Shown here piece by piece: positions 41,259-52,047 of a stretch of DNA of 64,000 bases. Numbering within the stretch: the first letter of the stretch is position 1; each line of letters opens with the position of its first letter. The notes under the pieces were generated by a model, which was not told the origin of the DNA, ran no database searches, and was given only the letters and a program-made list of their open reading frames with translations. This DNA comes from Verrucomicrobiota bacterium (lineage in GTDB: Bacteria > Verrucomicrobiota > Verrucomicrobiia > Limisphaerales > AAA164-E04), in contig CP170459.1 of NCBI GenBank assembly GCA_047947115.1, forward strand, positions 608,001 through 672,000, written 5' to 3'. Position numbers and translations under genes: made by a program.

Positions 41259-43583
41259 CTACATTGACGCCTCAACTTCATCCAGAATACGTTGAAAATT
41301 CGGAATATCGATCGGCTTCACCATGTAATCCGCCGCACCGGCGGCTTTGAGGCGTTTGATTTGTGATGTCGTTGCATCCGCACTGAGTATGTAAACAGGG
41401 ATCCTTTTTGTCATCGGGTGGGATTTCAACAAATGTAGCACTTCGTCGCCATTGATATCCGATAAATTGAGATCCAGAAAAACCACATCAGGCACATGTT
41501 GGCGTGCCAAGTCGTACCCCTGACGCCCCTGAATCGCGGTCATCAGTCTGACTCCACCTCGCTGTTCAACGACTTGTTCGATGAGAGCCAGATTATCGGG
41601 GTTGTCTTTCACATACAAAGCCAGCAACCGGTGGTTGCTCTTTTTATCTATCGCACAGGAAGGAGAAGTCATTTCCTGTTGAATCGAGGGATTTTCTTCC
41701 GAGACCAATCTGTCAGGACAACAGAGTTCGACATAGAACCTCGTTTCTTGCCCGATAATGGAGCGAGCCCATATTTTCCCACCCATAGCTTCCACAAGAT
41801 TTTTGGAAAGAGCCAGCCCCAACCCTGTCCCTTCCACCTTATATTGATCACGCTCGGCATCCAGCCGATCAAAGGGTTGAAACAATCGCTTGAGCTTTGA
41901 TTCAGGGATGCCTTCCCCGGTGTTTTCGATGATAATCCTGACCCGGCCCTCTGAGACATGCTCGCAATACATACCAAGTGTTCCGTGATCGCGATTGTAT
42001 TTGATTCCATTGGATGCCAGATTCAGGAAGACCTGACGCAGTCGCTGCTTGTCGGCCAGCACTTCCAGGCCAGGCTGCCTCTTTTCTTGAAATCGAAGAG
42101 TCACATTCAACTCCGTCGCCATGGGACGTACCAAGTCACCCACTTCATAAAGCAAATCCTGCAGATCAATCTGTTCCAGACTGAAGCTGAAATTTCCGGT
42201 TTCAATTCGTGAAATGTCCAATATTTCATTGATCAGGTCGAGCAGATGCAGACCTGCCTGATGAATGCGATGAATATTCGTTTCCGCTTTGCCGGTGAGC
42301 CCGGACATGGACAACAATTTCGAAAACCCGATAATGCTGTTCAGCGGTGTCCTCAACTCATGACTCATTCGTGAAAGAAACTCACTCTTTGCCTTGTTTG
42401 CCTTTTCCGCTTCATCACGCGCGGCGCGCAACGAGGCTTCCTTGGCCAGGGAATCGGTCACATCCACCAGCACCCAGATGAAGTGTGTCAACCGACCGGA
42501 GGCATCCAACACGGGGGCAATGCTGATATCGTTCCATAAAGTCCTTCCATCTTTTCGATAGTGAAGCATGGTCACTTTGCAATCCTGCCCCTTTGATATT
42601 GCACCCGACAATGTTTCCACTGTTTCCGACTTGGTTTCCGCACCCTGTAGAATCCTCATGCTGTGTTGGAGAAGTTCTTCTCTGGACCAAAGACAGGATT
42701 TTACCATGGCCTCGTTGCAATATATGATTTGTCCATCCTTTACCCGGGTGATCACGACACTGTTGAATGCTGAATTCAGAGCGCGATCACTCAAATCCAA
42801 TTCACGCGTTCGTTCCGCGATTTTTTGCTCCAACAATTCCTGAGACTGGTTCAGCTCCAGGTTTTGGGTTTCGATTCGGTCCAGCATGTCATTAAAATGC
42901 CGGATCAGCTGGCCTATCTCGTCATCTCGCATCTGCACCGCCCGCAGTGAATAATTCTTCTGCTTTCCAATCTCCGTCGCCACCGAGATCAGTTGTTCCA
43001 CAGGACGGGCAATTCGCCGCCCCAGAACCAACGCAATCAACATGGACAATCCGGTGGCAAGCAATCCGGCAATCAGCCCACTCTGGAGGAGCCGTTTGAA
43101 ACGGGAGTATATTTCCGCTTTGTCGTGCATTAAATACACCGTGCCCACCGTTTCCCCAGTGGCAAGTGTGACTGAGCGAAAAATTTCAATGGACATATCG
43201 GATTCGAGGATTTGCTCATTTTGAACAATTGGAGGTTTGAATGAAATAAATGTCTTGCGAGAGCGATATGCAAAAACCCTGCCCTCCTTGTCGTAAATCA
43301 CCATGGCCATGATGGCGGGGTCATTCAGCATGGAGTCAAATCCGGCATCCACTTCACCCGTTCCGGCAAGATCCCCCAAATCCAACACCACCTCGCTGAA
43401 GTGAATCATCATAGCGGCATTGACTTTAACTTTCTCCAAGAGTTGCTGCTTTTGAGAACGAAAATTCAGGAACGATGCTATTGCGATCGTGGCCACCACC
43501 GACGACAAGGTCACCATACCCAGCAGCACAAATATTTTGCCCCTGAGTGTTCGGAGAATGGATGGTCGGTATCTAGTCATCAA
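41259..43583 (-). CDS. Hybrid sensor kinase: TM, periplasmic sensor, TM, HAMP, PAS, HisKA, HATPase, REC
   Basis: Two TMs; DDEIGQLIRHFNDML HAMP; SRMSHELRTPLN; GTGLGL; FLDLNL REC. Confidence 0.9.
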   Translation of the reverse strand: MMTRYRPSILRTLRGKIFVLLGMVTLSSVVATIAIASFLNFRSQKQQLLEKVKVNAAMMIHFSEVVLDLGDLAGTGEVDAGFDSMLNDPAIMAMVIYDKEGRVFAYRSRKTFISFKPPIVQNEQILESDMSIEIFRSVTLATGETVGTVYLMHDKAEIYSRFKRLLQSGLIAGLLATGLSMLIALVLGRRIARPVEQLISVATEIGKQKNYSLRAVQMRDDEIGQLIRHFNDMLDRIETQNLELNQSQELLEQKIAERTRELDLSDRALNSAFNSVVITRVKDGQIIYCNEAMVKSCLWSREELLQHSMRILQGAETKSETVETLSGAISKGQDCKVTMLHYRKDGRTLWNDISIAPVLDASGRLTHFIWVLVDVTDSLAKEASLRAARDEAEKANKAKSEFLSRMSHELRTPLNSIIGFSKLLSMSGLTGKAETNIHRIHQAGLHLLDLINEILDISRIETGNFSFSLEQIDLQDLLYEVGDLVRPMATELNVTLRFQEKRQPGLEVLADKQRLRQVFLNLASNGIKYNRDHGTLGMYCEHVSEGRVRIIIENTGEGIPESKLKRLFQPFDRLDAERDQYKVEGTGLGLALSKNLVEAMGGKIWARSIIGQETRFYVELCCPDRLVSEENPSIQQEMTSPSCAIDKKSNHRLLALYVKDNPDNLALIEQVVEQRGGVRLMTAIQGRQGYDLARQHVPDVVFLDLNLSDINGDEVLHLLKSHPMTKRIPVYILSADATTSQIKRLKAAGAADYMVKPIDIPNFQRILDEVEASM

Positions 43584-43628
43584 TATCGGGCTCTCTAGAC
43601 CTCAGCATAACACCATGTATCACCTGAT

Positions 43629-45718
43629 TTAAAAATTCCACGCCAGTGTTCCATAAACTGACCGCTGGATTTCCGTACTTTGTATGGCAACATAAGGCTC
43701 GCTGAACTCGGAATGGCAAGGCGTTAACAGATTTTTGCCCATAATAGCCAACTCCAGGTTGGGTCTTGGCTGCCAAGCCAGCCTGACATCCAGAGCCCAG
43801 TACGATGGAATCACAATAGGCCCCAAACGAGAGGACTCAATGGCGCGCTCATCCACAAACCGACCAATCACATCCCATTTAACCGAATCCGATACATCCA
43901 GTCTCGATTGAAGATTCAGGATATGTCGAGGCGCTTCCGGAGGCTCGGTTGCCAAATAACCAGCCGGAGTTTCAAAGTCACTGAACTGAAGCGTATAGGC
44001 AGCCATCAGGCGCCACCAATCTGTCAGTTGCAATTGTGGAGCCAATTCAATTCCATAGGTTTCACCTTCCATACCATTCACGAATCCCGCCGACACACCG
44101 GTTGGAGACATCATCGAAAAACCTGTTGTAATCAGGCGATCATAGTCATTGAAAAAAAACGCGACATCCATGGAGAGACATGATCTCAAATTACCCCGGT
44201 ATCCCAGTTCATACGCAAACATGGTTTCCGTCTCAAGATCCCTGTTGCCGTGAAACAACAGAGGAACGCCCCCCCCGGATCGACCGTGACATCAAGATCC
44301 GTGCGGGAAGGAGTACGAATGGCCCGAGTCACAGCCCCCCACATCATGTGGTCGGCACTGGCATTGAACTGCAGCCGAGCACCCGGTTGAAATTCAAAAT
44401 GCGTGTATGAGTTGTGCTCGAACTTGGATCCGACCGTGAGTTCCCATTTATCGGGAATCAATGCCACGGTATCCTGAATAAAAGCGCTGAATAACCGGGT
44501 GGTTCGATGCGGGAGTGCATAATTTAAGGTCGTGGCATGAGGTGAAGCAACACTGTCATAAATTTGACGGTAACCCAAACCCCCGATCCATTGATGGGAG
44601 AGTTCATCTGGACCGGATAAGGTAAAATCAAAGTCGGTGACATTCTGGAGATCATGAACCATGACCGTATCGCGGTCGGATCGGTCGTGATATCCCTGTA
44701 AAGAAAGTCGGGCCCCGGATTCCAATTCATGCGTCACTCTACCCAGGAGATTTCCCCCTTGGATCAACATCAAATCCTTAACCGGAACCACTCCGGTGGC
44801 ACCGACCGGTTTGACATAAAATTCGTTGCGTTCGCGCAAACCATACATATCGCCCTGCAGCGTGACCTGAGTAAGCTCTGTGGGTTCCCAATCGAAACGA
44901 AACCCGCCTTTGCCTGATTCCGAATCATCATGGGCGGGTTGACCGTTTGGGAGGATCGATTCGTCGCCATTGAGATACTTGCCGTAAACGCGCAGATAAG
45001 CCTGTTCGGCTACCTGGACGCCATGGCGCAAGGCCAACATCCCTTGCAACTCGGAACCGTAACCTGCTTTGACGAGTGTGCCTTGTGTATCCCTTGCAGT
45101 CTTTGTGATGATATTGACCACCCCATTCATGGTGTTCGCACCCCATACTGCGGCACCTGGACCGCGGATGATTTCAATGTGTTCCACATCATCCAACACC
45201 ATGTCCACAGAGTCCCAATAGGTGCCGGCAAACAAGGGTGCATAGGCGCTCCTGCCATCCACCATGACAAGGGACTTATTGGCCAAATAACTGTTGAAGC
45301 CACGGATTCCAACGGCCCACGAGTTATTGCTGATCTGGGCGGCATCCACACCGGGCGCCATTCGCAGCGCCTCAGCAATAGAGGTAGCCCCACTTCGCTG
45401 AATGTCCGCCTGGGTAATCACGCTGACAGCTGCAGGAATGTCTCCCACTTTTTGGGGCGTGCGGGAAGCTATTTCAACGTGTACATCCAACAAGTCCTCA
45501 AGTGATAAAGACATCAGATGCTCGGTGAAATCATCATCAGCAAGTCTTTCCTGCTCCGATGCTCCCAGCGGATAAGCACAGAGCAACGTTATGGCCACCT
45601 GGGCGATACGCCTCCATCTGGAATGATTGTTTACATCTCTCATAACATAGGTTGGTTTAGTTGACAGATTGGTTGAAACGGGCATGCCTTCAGCCATTTG
45701 TTCAGTGACAAACAGCAA
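43629..45718 (-). pseudogene. TonB-dependent receptor, frameshifted at a G8 run (44269-44276)
   Basis: Plug motifs IPAAVSVIT, LRMAPG, LVMVDGR, IEIIRGPGAAVWG; the second frame carries barrel strands, GKNLL and terminal YGTLAWNF; start uncertain. Confidence 0.85.
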
Positions 45719-45743
45719 TTGACAGAAACCGGGTAGGTGTTCC

Positions 45744-46373
45744 TCATGGATTTGTCCCCTTTTTGAGTTGGCGCGCCAGTTTGATCATCCGCGAATCAAA
45801 CCCCATCCCAGCGCTCTTTGCCGCATTCAAATCCAGGTCAAACCGCACCTGGCCATTCAACAGTAAAAAATTAAACATGCAGTTGGCATTTTCGCCTTCC
45901 CCAAAAGTAAGAATTCCTCGGTCATGGAATCTGGCGTGCCATTCCTGCCCCCCTGTTTTGTGATGATCATCCACAAAGAGAATGGAATACCCTTCTGCTT
46001 CGCTCAATGAAGTCACCTGCTTGACCTTCCAGATGACCTTCCCCACCTTCCTGTTGTGGATGGAACGCAGAAAGACGTTCAGGATTTGCTTATCTTCTGA
46101 CAAAACGGCCAGTGTGATTTCATGATCCTTTGCCGGATCCCGCCCCTTAGGCCAGGAAGTGTAGTCGGCTTTTTTGATGATCATGGCGGCCACTACCTCG
46201 TGAAATCCGCCCGAAATTGTATCAGCTGACACTGTCATGGGATAAATGCACCCGGACGACAACATCATCACCAAACAAAAAGTTACAATAGAAAACCCTG
46301 CTGCAACTCCGTTTCGGAACTTGCAACCGTCCAAAAACTTACCCGGGTTAACTGAATGCCCACACCTTGGCAT
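45744..46373 (-). CDS. YfiR/DUF4154 family periplasmic protein
   Basis: EVVAAMIIK...YTSWP, ILFV, ILTFGE, VRFDLDLNAAKSAG...SRMIKLA; start uncertain. Confidence 0.75.
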   Translation of the reverse strand: MPRCGHSVNPGKFLDGCKFRNGVAAGFSIVTFCLVMMLSSGCIYPMTVSADTISGGFHEVVAAMIIKKADYTSWPKGRDPAKDHEITLAVLSEDKQILNVFLRSIHNRKVGKVIWKVKQVTSLSEAEGYSILFVDDHHKTGGQEWHARFHDRGILTFGEGENANCMFNFLLLNGQVRFDLDLNAAKSAGMGFDSRMIKLARQLKKGTNP

Positions 46374-46448
46374 GTTATAAGAATATGTCAGCCACAGAGC
46401 TGAGTGATAACACTCGACCACTACCCATCGGGCATACTGACAAACTTT

Positions 46449-48050
46449 TTAAGATTCACTCTTGTTTACTACCTGAGTCATTGCTTTTCGTAAGGTCGAC
46501 AATTGTACCGGCTTACGCAAAACAACATCCACATTCCCGGGCTGTGCTCCATTATCCTTCATCTGGTCGGCGAATCCACTGATCATGATAATGGGTCCCG
46601 TCCAACCTTTTTTGCGGATGGAATGTGCCATTTGTTCACCATTGACCAAGGGCATGGCCTGATCAGTAATAATCAAATCAAACTGATCGGCATAAAAAGC
46701 AACCAAGCCTTCCCGCCCATTCTTTGCTTCGGTCACCCTGTGCCCGTCCTGAGACAAAAACTGCTCCACTATATCTCTTACCCTTTCATCGTCATCTACG
46801 AGCAACACGCTGAGGCTGTGATTAAGACATGTTCCGTTTTCAACGGCTTCCTCGTTTTTTCCCAGTGCCAATGGTATCCGCAGTCTGAAAGTAGTTCCAC
46901 AATCAGGAGCCGAATCTATTTCAATATGCCCCCTGTGCTTGCGAACCATTTCCTGCACCATCCCAAGTCCCAAACCGGTTCCATTCTCGCCCTTGGTGGA
47001 GTAAAACATCTCCAAACAACGGGATTTGACTTCCTCGCTCATTCCCGTTCCGGAATCAATGACCTCAATGACTCCATGTTCTCCCTGCCGGAATCCTTTG
47101 ATGGTAATCGTCCCTCCCTTTGGCATGGCATCCACCGCGTTGAAAAGGAGATTGGTGAGAATTTCCCTTAAGTTGGATGGTGTCATGCGGATTCGGGTGT
47201 TATCCACTTCAGTGGAAACGTGAACATGTCGCCCTTCGGACTGTGTCTGATCTCGCCATCGGGGACGTGTCAGGGATACAGCGCCTCGCACGGCGACATC
47301 CAGTTCAACCGTTGGCTCCTGATCATCCTCCTCACTGTAGGATTTATAAAATTCCCGCAGATGCCGTACGATACTTGAAGCATCCTCGGCTGCGGTACTG
47401 ATATTCTGAAATGCTTCCGTTAGCCTGACTTGGTCACTCATCAAGTCCGGAAAACTCAGATATAACTCCGAGTGCCCCATCATGACCGCGATGACATTGC
47501 TGAAATCATGGACAATTCCGCTCGCCATCTGCCCCATGGCCTTGTAGCGCTCCTGAGCCACCAATTCGCTTTGGAATTTCCTGAGTTCAGCGGTACGTTC
47601 CTGGACTTTTGTTTCAAGAAGATCGTTGTAGTTCTGGAGTTGAAGATGAAGCCGACGCGTGCGCAACAGGTTGGTGATACGAAGAATGGTTTCGGTGAAA
47701 TCATAGGGTTTGTTCAGAAAATCCATAGCCCCCAACTTTAAGGCACGTTCACGTGATTCGGGATTGATGTCGGCTGTCAGGACAATGACAGGTAAAAAAT
47801 CATCTTCGGAATGACGCTGCTTTATGTGTTCCAAAACTTCAAAACCGTTAAGGTAGGGCATGTGCAGATCCAGCAAGATCAAATCTGGCGAAAAAGATGT
47901 CAGGACCTCAGCGGCACCGCGGGAATCGGTTAGGCTGGTAAATTGCTCGAATCCGTTCAACTCCAACAATTGTTCCAACTGGTCAACATTGCTCGGATTA
48001 TCTTCTATTATCAGGATTCGCGAATCTGTTAAGTTTTCATTCATGGACAT
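46449..48050 (-). CDS. Hybrid kinase REC-HisKA-HATPase-REC
   Basis: N-terminal REC (LLDLHMP), GIVHDFSN, NLLFNAVDAM, GTGLGL, C-terminal REC (ITDQAMP). Confidence 0.92.
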   Translation of the reverse strand: MSMNENLTDSRILIIEDNPSNVDQLEQLLELNGFEQFTSLTDSRGAAEVLTSFSPDLILLDLHMPYLNGFEVLEHIKQRHSEDDFLPVIVLTADINPESRERALKLGAMDFLNKPYDFTETILRITNLLRTRRLHLQLQNYNDLLETKVQERTAELRKFQSELVAQERYKAMGQMASGIVHDFSNVIAVMMGHSELYLSFPDLMSDQVRLTEAFQNISTAAEDASSIVRHLREFYKSYSEEDDQEPTVELDVAVRGAVSLTRPRWRDQTQSEGRHVHVSTEVDNTRIRMTPSNLREILTNLLFNAVDAMPKGGTITIKGFRQGEHGVIEVIDSGTGMSEEVKSRCLEMFYSTKGENGTGLGLGMVQEMVRKHRGHIEIDSAPDCGTTFRLRIPLALGKNEEAVENGTCLNHSLSVLLVDDDERVRDIVEQFLSQDGHRVTEAKNGREGLVAFYADQFDLIITDQAMPLVNGEQMAHSIRKKGWTGPIIMISGFADQMKDNGAQPGNVDVVLRKPVQLSTLRKAMTQVVNKSES

Positions 48051-48157
48051 CGTTTCGAAGCGATTCTAACCAAATATTTTCTAAGCACATATAAATTTGC
48101 TACAGCAAATGTCTCCCGATCACCCCACCCCCCGGTTAAACCACGGAAGAATGTATC

Positions 48158-49261
48158 TCACGGATTACTCTGCTTTTCACTTCTGAACTGCTCCCGTACA
48201 GGGGAATGGTCAGATAGCACTCCCGCTGACTGCCCGCAACAACCCGGATGCCCATCCCCCCCCCCATGAGCTTTGGCGACTGTTTCCCAAAATGCGTCAT
48301 CGCCGTCGTGGGAACCGGCCCCCTTCAGCTCCGCATGGGCCATCATCGATTCATTGATGGCGGAAGCCGTATCCGCGACAACACTCTGACTGCTCGAACT
48401 CCTCACGGACACTTCAATGCCCGGCCCCTGCACTCGCTTCATACGAATCCCAATCCTGGCTTTCCTGGAACTTTGCTTAATCACAGTTGTCATCATTTTT
48501 GTGAGCGCTCCCGTCAGAAGTTTCTTATCACCCACCATCCACGCCAGTGTGGAGTCCAATGTGCAATCCAATGTCAAATGTTTGTCGGCAAGCTCGCTGC
48601 CAAGCGACCGACAACATGTCTCCATCAACGAATCGGGTGAAAAGGTGGACAACTTCAATTCCAATGGAGGCGAAGCGATGGAGGAATGCGAATGGTCAAT
48701 GTCCCGACATATCTTTTCCAGTGTGGCGGTTGCAACATGAATGGCTTTCTTCATATCCACATCGACCGAGGAATCATTTTCTGTGACATCCCTACCCAAC
48801 ACCCGCATGGACGCATCCGGATCGTTCTGAGAAGCATAGTCGATCCTGGAATCCTCGCCTTCCCCACAATGACAGAGAGCCTCCAAATGACGCATGCGCA
48901 ACATATTCCGCACACGCTGCCGAATTAAAACCGAACCGGCAGGTTTCTCCAAAAAATCGTCAACACCCGCATCAAAGGCCCTGCCAAGCACTTCATTGTC
49001 AAGAAAAGCCGACGATAGAATGATTGGAACATGTATATTTTGGAAGCGTCTGCGGAATTGCTTCACAAATTCAATCCCGTCCATTTCAGGCATCATTAGA
49101 TCCACCACGACACAATCCGGCCCCAACAGCTCAAGCTCCTCCAAAACTTCGATTGGGGATGTGAAACAAACGACGGAACAGCCCATGGATTTCAGGACCG
49201 CTTTCAGACCGATTTGAACCAACGGTTGGTCATCAATGATGGCTACGATGTCTTGACTCAT
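48158..49261 (-). CDS. Response regulator fused to a degenerate kinase-like domain; probable frameshift at G10 (48256-48265)
   Basis: REC (IIDD, VVDLMMP, FLEKP); C-terminal HATPase-like pattern (VGDKKLL, AKAHGG) without H, N or G boxes. Confidence 0.7.
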   Translation of the reverse strand: MSQDIVAIIDDQPLVQIGLKAVLKSMGCSVVCFTSPIEVLEELELLGPDCVVVDLMMPEMDGIEFVKQFRRRFQNIHVPIILSSAFLDNEVLGRAFDAGVDDFLEKPAGSVLIRQRVRNMLRMRHLEALCHCGEGEDSRIDYASQNDPDASMRVLGRDVTENDSSVDVDMKKAIHVATATLEKICRDIDHSHSSIASPPLELKLSTFSPDSLMETCCRSLGSELADKHLTLDCTLDSTLAWMVGDKKLLTGALTKMMTTVIKQSSRKARIGIRMKRVQGPGIEVSVRSSSSQSVVADTASAINESMMAHAELKGAGSHDGDDAFWETVAKAHGGGDGHPGCCGQSAGVLSDHSPVREQFRSEKQSNP

Positions 49262-49535
49262 GATCCTTCTCCAACTTATCCAACACTCATTTAAGACCGG
49301 AGCAATTCTCTCATCCAGCCCTTTTTCGGAAGCATCGGATCATATGACAAAATCGTGACAAAAAGTATCTGGACGCACTAGGATATTTATAAGTTATAGT
49401 AGCTGCAGACGATGACAACCATTTCCAGCACACACTGATCACCACAAATAAAAACGGGAATGCCATGAGACCGGATCTCGCAGACACATCCGAAAGGAGC
49501 ACCTGAACGTAATACCTTTCAATACGGAATCACAC

Positions 49536-52034
49536 ATGAACGGATCAGGATCAATTGATTTTAAAAAGATTGCCGATCATGCCGATCAACCGGTCTTCTC
49601 GATGACCGCAGAGGGGAAAATCAACTATGCCAACCTGGCATTTCAAAAACTGATTTCAAGGTCGCAGGAGGAACTGATGGGAGTGGATTTTCTGGATCTC
49701 ATATCCCCCGACCACCAGGCGATCTGTATCACTCACTTCAAAGAAATGCTGACCCGCCCCACTTCCTCTCGGATTTCCACCTTATTGGAGGACAGCCAGA
49801 AACGGACCCATCCTGTTACAGCAACCTGCCATCCGGACCTGGGCACAAACAAGACGAACTCCATTTATGCATTTCTGGAAGATCAAACCGAACATATAAG
49901 AATCACTGAAATCGCCCACGTCCTTTCGGAGTCATTGCGATTCGCCAGTGAACCCATATTAATCACGGACGCAAATCTGGAGGAACCGGGTCCCCACATC
50001 CTTTTTGCCAACTCAGCCTTGGAAGAAATGATGGGCTACACGAGTTCCGAACTATCCAACCAGTCTCCAAGGATCTTCCAAGGAAGGGAAACTTCCACCG
50101 CATTCAGACGGCAGCTCAAAGAAACGCTTAAAGCAGGAAGACACTTCAGCGGCGAAACCATCAATTACACCAAACAGGGAACTCCAGTACCTGTTCGAAT
50201 GGAGATCGCCCCAGTCCGAAACAAAGAAGGCGCCATCACCCACTTTATCTCGGTCGAACGAAACATCAGTCTTCAGAAGCACCGGGAACTTCAGCTTCAA
50301 AAGGAAAAAGCATCGCTTCGGCATGATGTGGAATCCATCACGAGGGAGATGCGGTTGAAGATGGCAGCCATGGATGCCATGATAGAGGGACACGCCATTC
50401 TCAGGGATAGTTGCTTTATCTACGTCAATCAGGCACACGCAACTCTCTATGGATATGAGGCCAAGGAGTTGCTGGGGAATTCCTGGGAGATGCTTTTTGA
50501 CACATCGGAAAACAAACGCCTCGAGGCCGAAGTGATTCCCTTGCTGGAAGCCCGAAGGCACTGGAAAGGAGAAGTGTGTGGTTGCCAAAAGAGTGGCAGG
50601 TTGGTTCCCATTGAAATGCAATTGACTTACCTCGCGTCAGGGGAACTGGTCTGCACCAATCAGGACATCAGTGAACGTGTCCAGGCACGACAGGCTCTCT
50701 CCAGACAGAATAAAATGCTCTCAGCCATCTCAAATCTCCACATCCAGTACATGACACTGCCTGAGAACATGGCAGAAGGATATTCCAGTTTGCTGAACAT
50801 CCTGATCGAGACGACTCAGAGCGAGATGGGACTGATTGGAGAAGTCCAAACAGATGGGCTCGGAGATCCGCTCCTGATAACGCTTGCATTGAAGGGCATT
50901 TACCTGGATGAAACGGTCAGCCCTTACTGGCAGAAAACAGAAGATCAACAATTTGAATTCCGATGGCCCGACACGGCGCTTGGAGATTGTATCCGATCGA
51001 AGAAAACGATCACAAGCGACGACCCTGTGGACGATCCCACATCAATCGGACTTCCTCCGGACCACAAACCTTTGAGTTCGTTTCTGGTGCTTCCCATTAT
51101 CCGAGGAGAAGACATTCTGGGTATCATCATACTGGCCAACCGCAAACAAGGCTACCCCACAACAACTGTACATGAACTGGCCCCCGTTCTCACCACTTGT
51201 GGAAACATGATCGAGTCAGGCAGGCTAACAAAGGCGAGAGATCAGATTGCCGAGCAACTCAGAAGAAAAACACTGGAATTAAGCCAGGCCAACCTCAAGT
51301 TGCGACATTCCAATAAGATGAAAGATCAGTTCCTGGCGAGCATGAGTCATGAATTACGTACCCCCTTGGCTGGTATTCTCAATCTTTCAGAGGCCCTCAT
51401 GGAAAAAATCTACGGGCCATTAACTCCCCACCAGCTCAAGTATCTTAAAACGATCGAGGACAGCGGACGGCATTTACTGGACTTGATCAATGACATTCTG
51501 GATGTCGCCAAAGTTGAATCCGGACAAATGCATCTGGCATGGAACGAATACAACATTGCAGACGTGGTCGAAAGTGTGAGAAGACTGATCAAAGAAAGTG
51601 CTCAAAAGAAAAAGCACCGACTGAACTGCTTCGTGTCTGATCCGTCAAACCGTATTGTGACCGACCGTAAGCGATTGATTCAAATCCTGGTCAACCTCCT
51701 TTCCAACGCCGTCAAGTTCACACCGGATCAGGGTGTCATCGAACTGTCGGTGGATTACTGCGAGGCCAAGGATGCCTACACCTTCCTCGTTAAGGACAAT
51801 GGACCAGGTATTCCCAGAGATCATCACGACCTGATATTTGAGCCATTTTCGCAATTGGATGGCGGCCTGAACAGATCACATTCGGGCACCGGTCTGGGCT
51901 TGTCACTGGTCAAACAGTTTACCACGGCACTTGGGGGGCAAGTGGAACTGATTTCCGATCTGGGAAATGGCACGGAATTTAGAATTGCCATTCCTCGGAA
52001 ATTCAAGGATCCGATGGAGGTGTGCGAAATTTAA
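49536..52034 (+). CDS. Cytoplasmic PAS-PAS-PAS-GAF histidine kinase
   Basis: Three PAS units; GAF (GLPPDHKPLSSFLVLPI...LANR); FLASMSHELRTPL, NLLSNAVKFT, GTGLGL; no TM. Confidence 0.92.
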   Translation: MNGSGSIDFKKIADHADQPVFSMTAEGKINYANLAFQKLISRSQEELMGVDFLDLISPDHQAICITHFKEMLTRPTSSRISTLLEDSQKRTHPVTATCHPDLGTNKTNSIYAFLEDQTEHIRITEIAHVLSESLRFASEPILITDANLEEPGPHILFANSALEEMMGYTSSELSNQSPRIFQGRETSTAFRRQLKETLKAGRHFSGETINYTKQGTPVPVRMEIAPVRNKEGAITHFISVERNISLQKHRELQLQKEKASLRHDVESITREMRLKMAAMDAMIEGHAILRDSCFIYVNQAHATLYGYEAKELLGNSWEMLFDTSENKRLEAEVIPLLEARRHWKGEVCGCQKSGRLVPIEMQLTYLASGELVCTNQDISERVQARQALSRQNKMLSAISNLHIQYMTLPENMAEGYSSLLNILIETTQSEMGLIGEVQTDGLGDPLLITLALKGIYLDETVSPYWQKTEDQQFEFRWPDTALGDCIRSKKTITSDDPVDDPTSIGLPPDHKPLSSFLVLPIIRGEDILGIIILANRKQGYPTTTVHELAPVLTTCGNMIESGRLTKARDQIAEQLRRKTLELSQANLKLRHSNKMKDQFLASMSHELRTPLAGILNLSEALMEKIYGPLTPHQLKYLKTIEDSGRHLLDLINDILDVAKVESGQMHLAWNEYNIADVVESVRRLIKESAQKKKHRLNCFVSDPSNRIVTDRKRLIQILVNLLSNAVKFTPDQGVIELSVDYCEAKDAYTFLVKDNGPGIPRDHHDLIFEPFSQLDGGLNRSHSGTGLGLSLVKQFTTALGGQVELISDLGNGTEFRIAIPRKFKDPMEVCEI

Positions 52035-52047
52035 AGCATCGGCCAGG

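Noticed and set aside
35050..50290. LOV blue-light sensor domains in four kinases
   Set aside because: The PAS units are LOV-like (N..F..., LQG, YRKDG/NYTK) but none has the GxNCRFLQ cysteine: GKDLEILLG, GTKPGELLQG, QHSMRILQG, NQSPRIFQG
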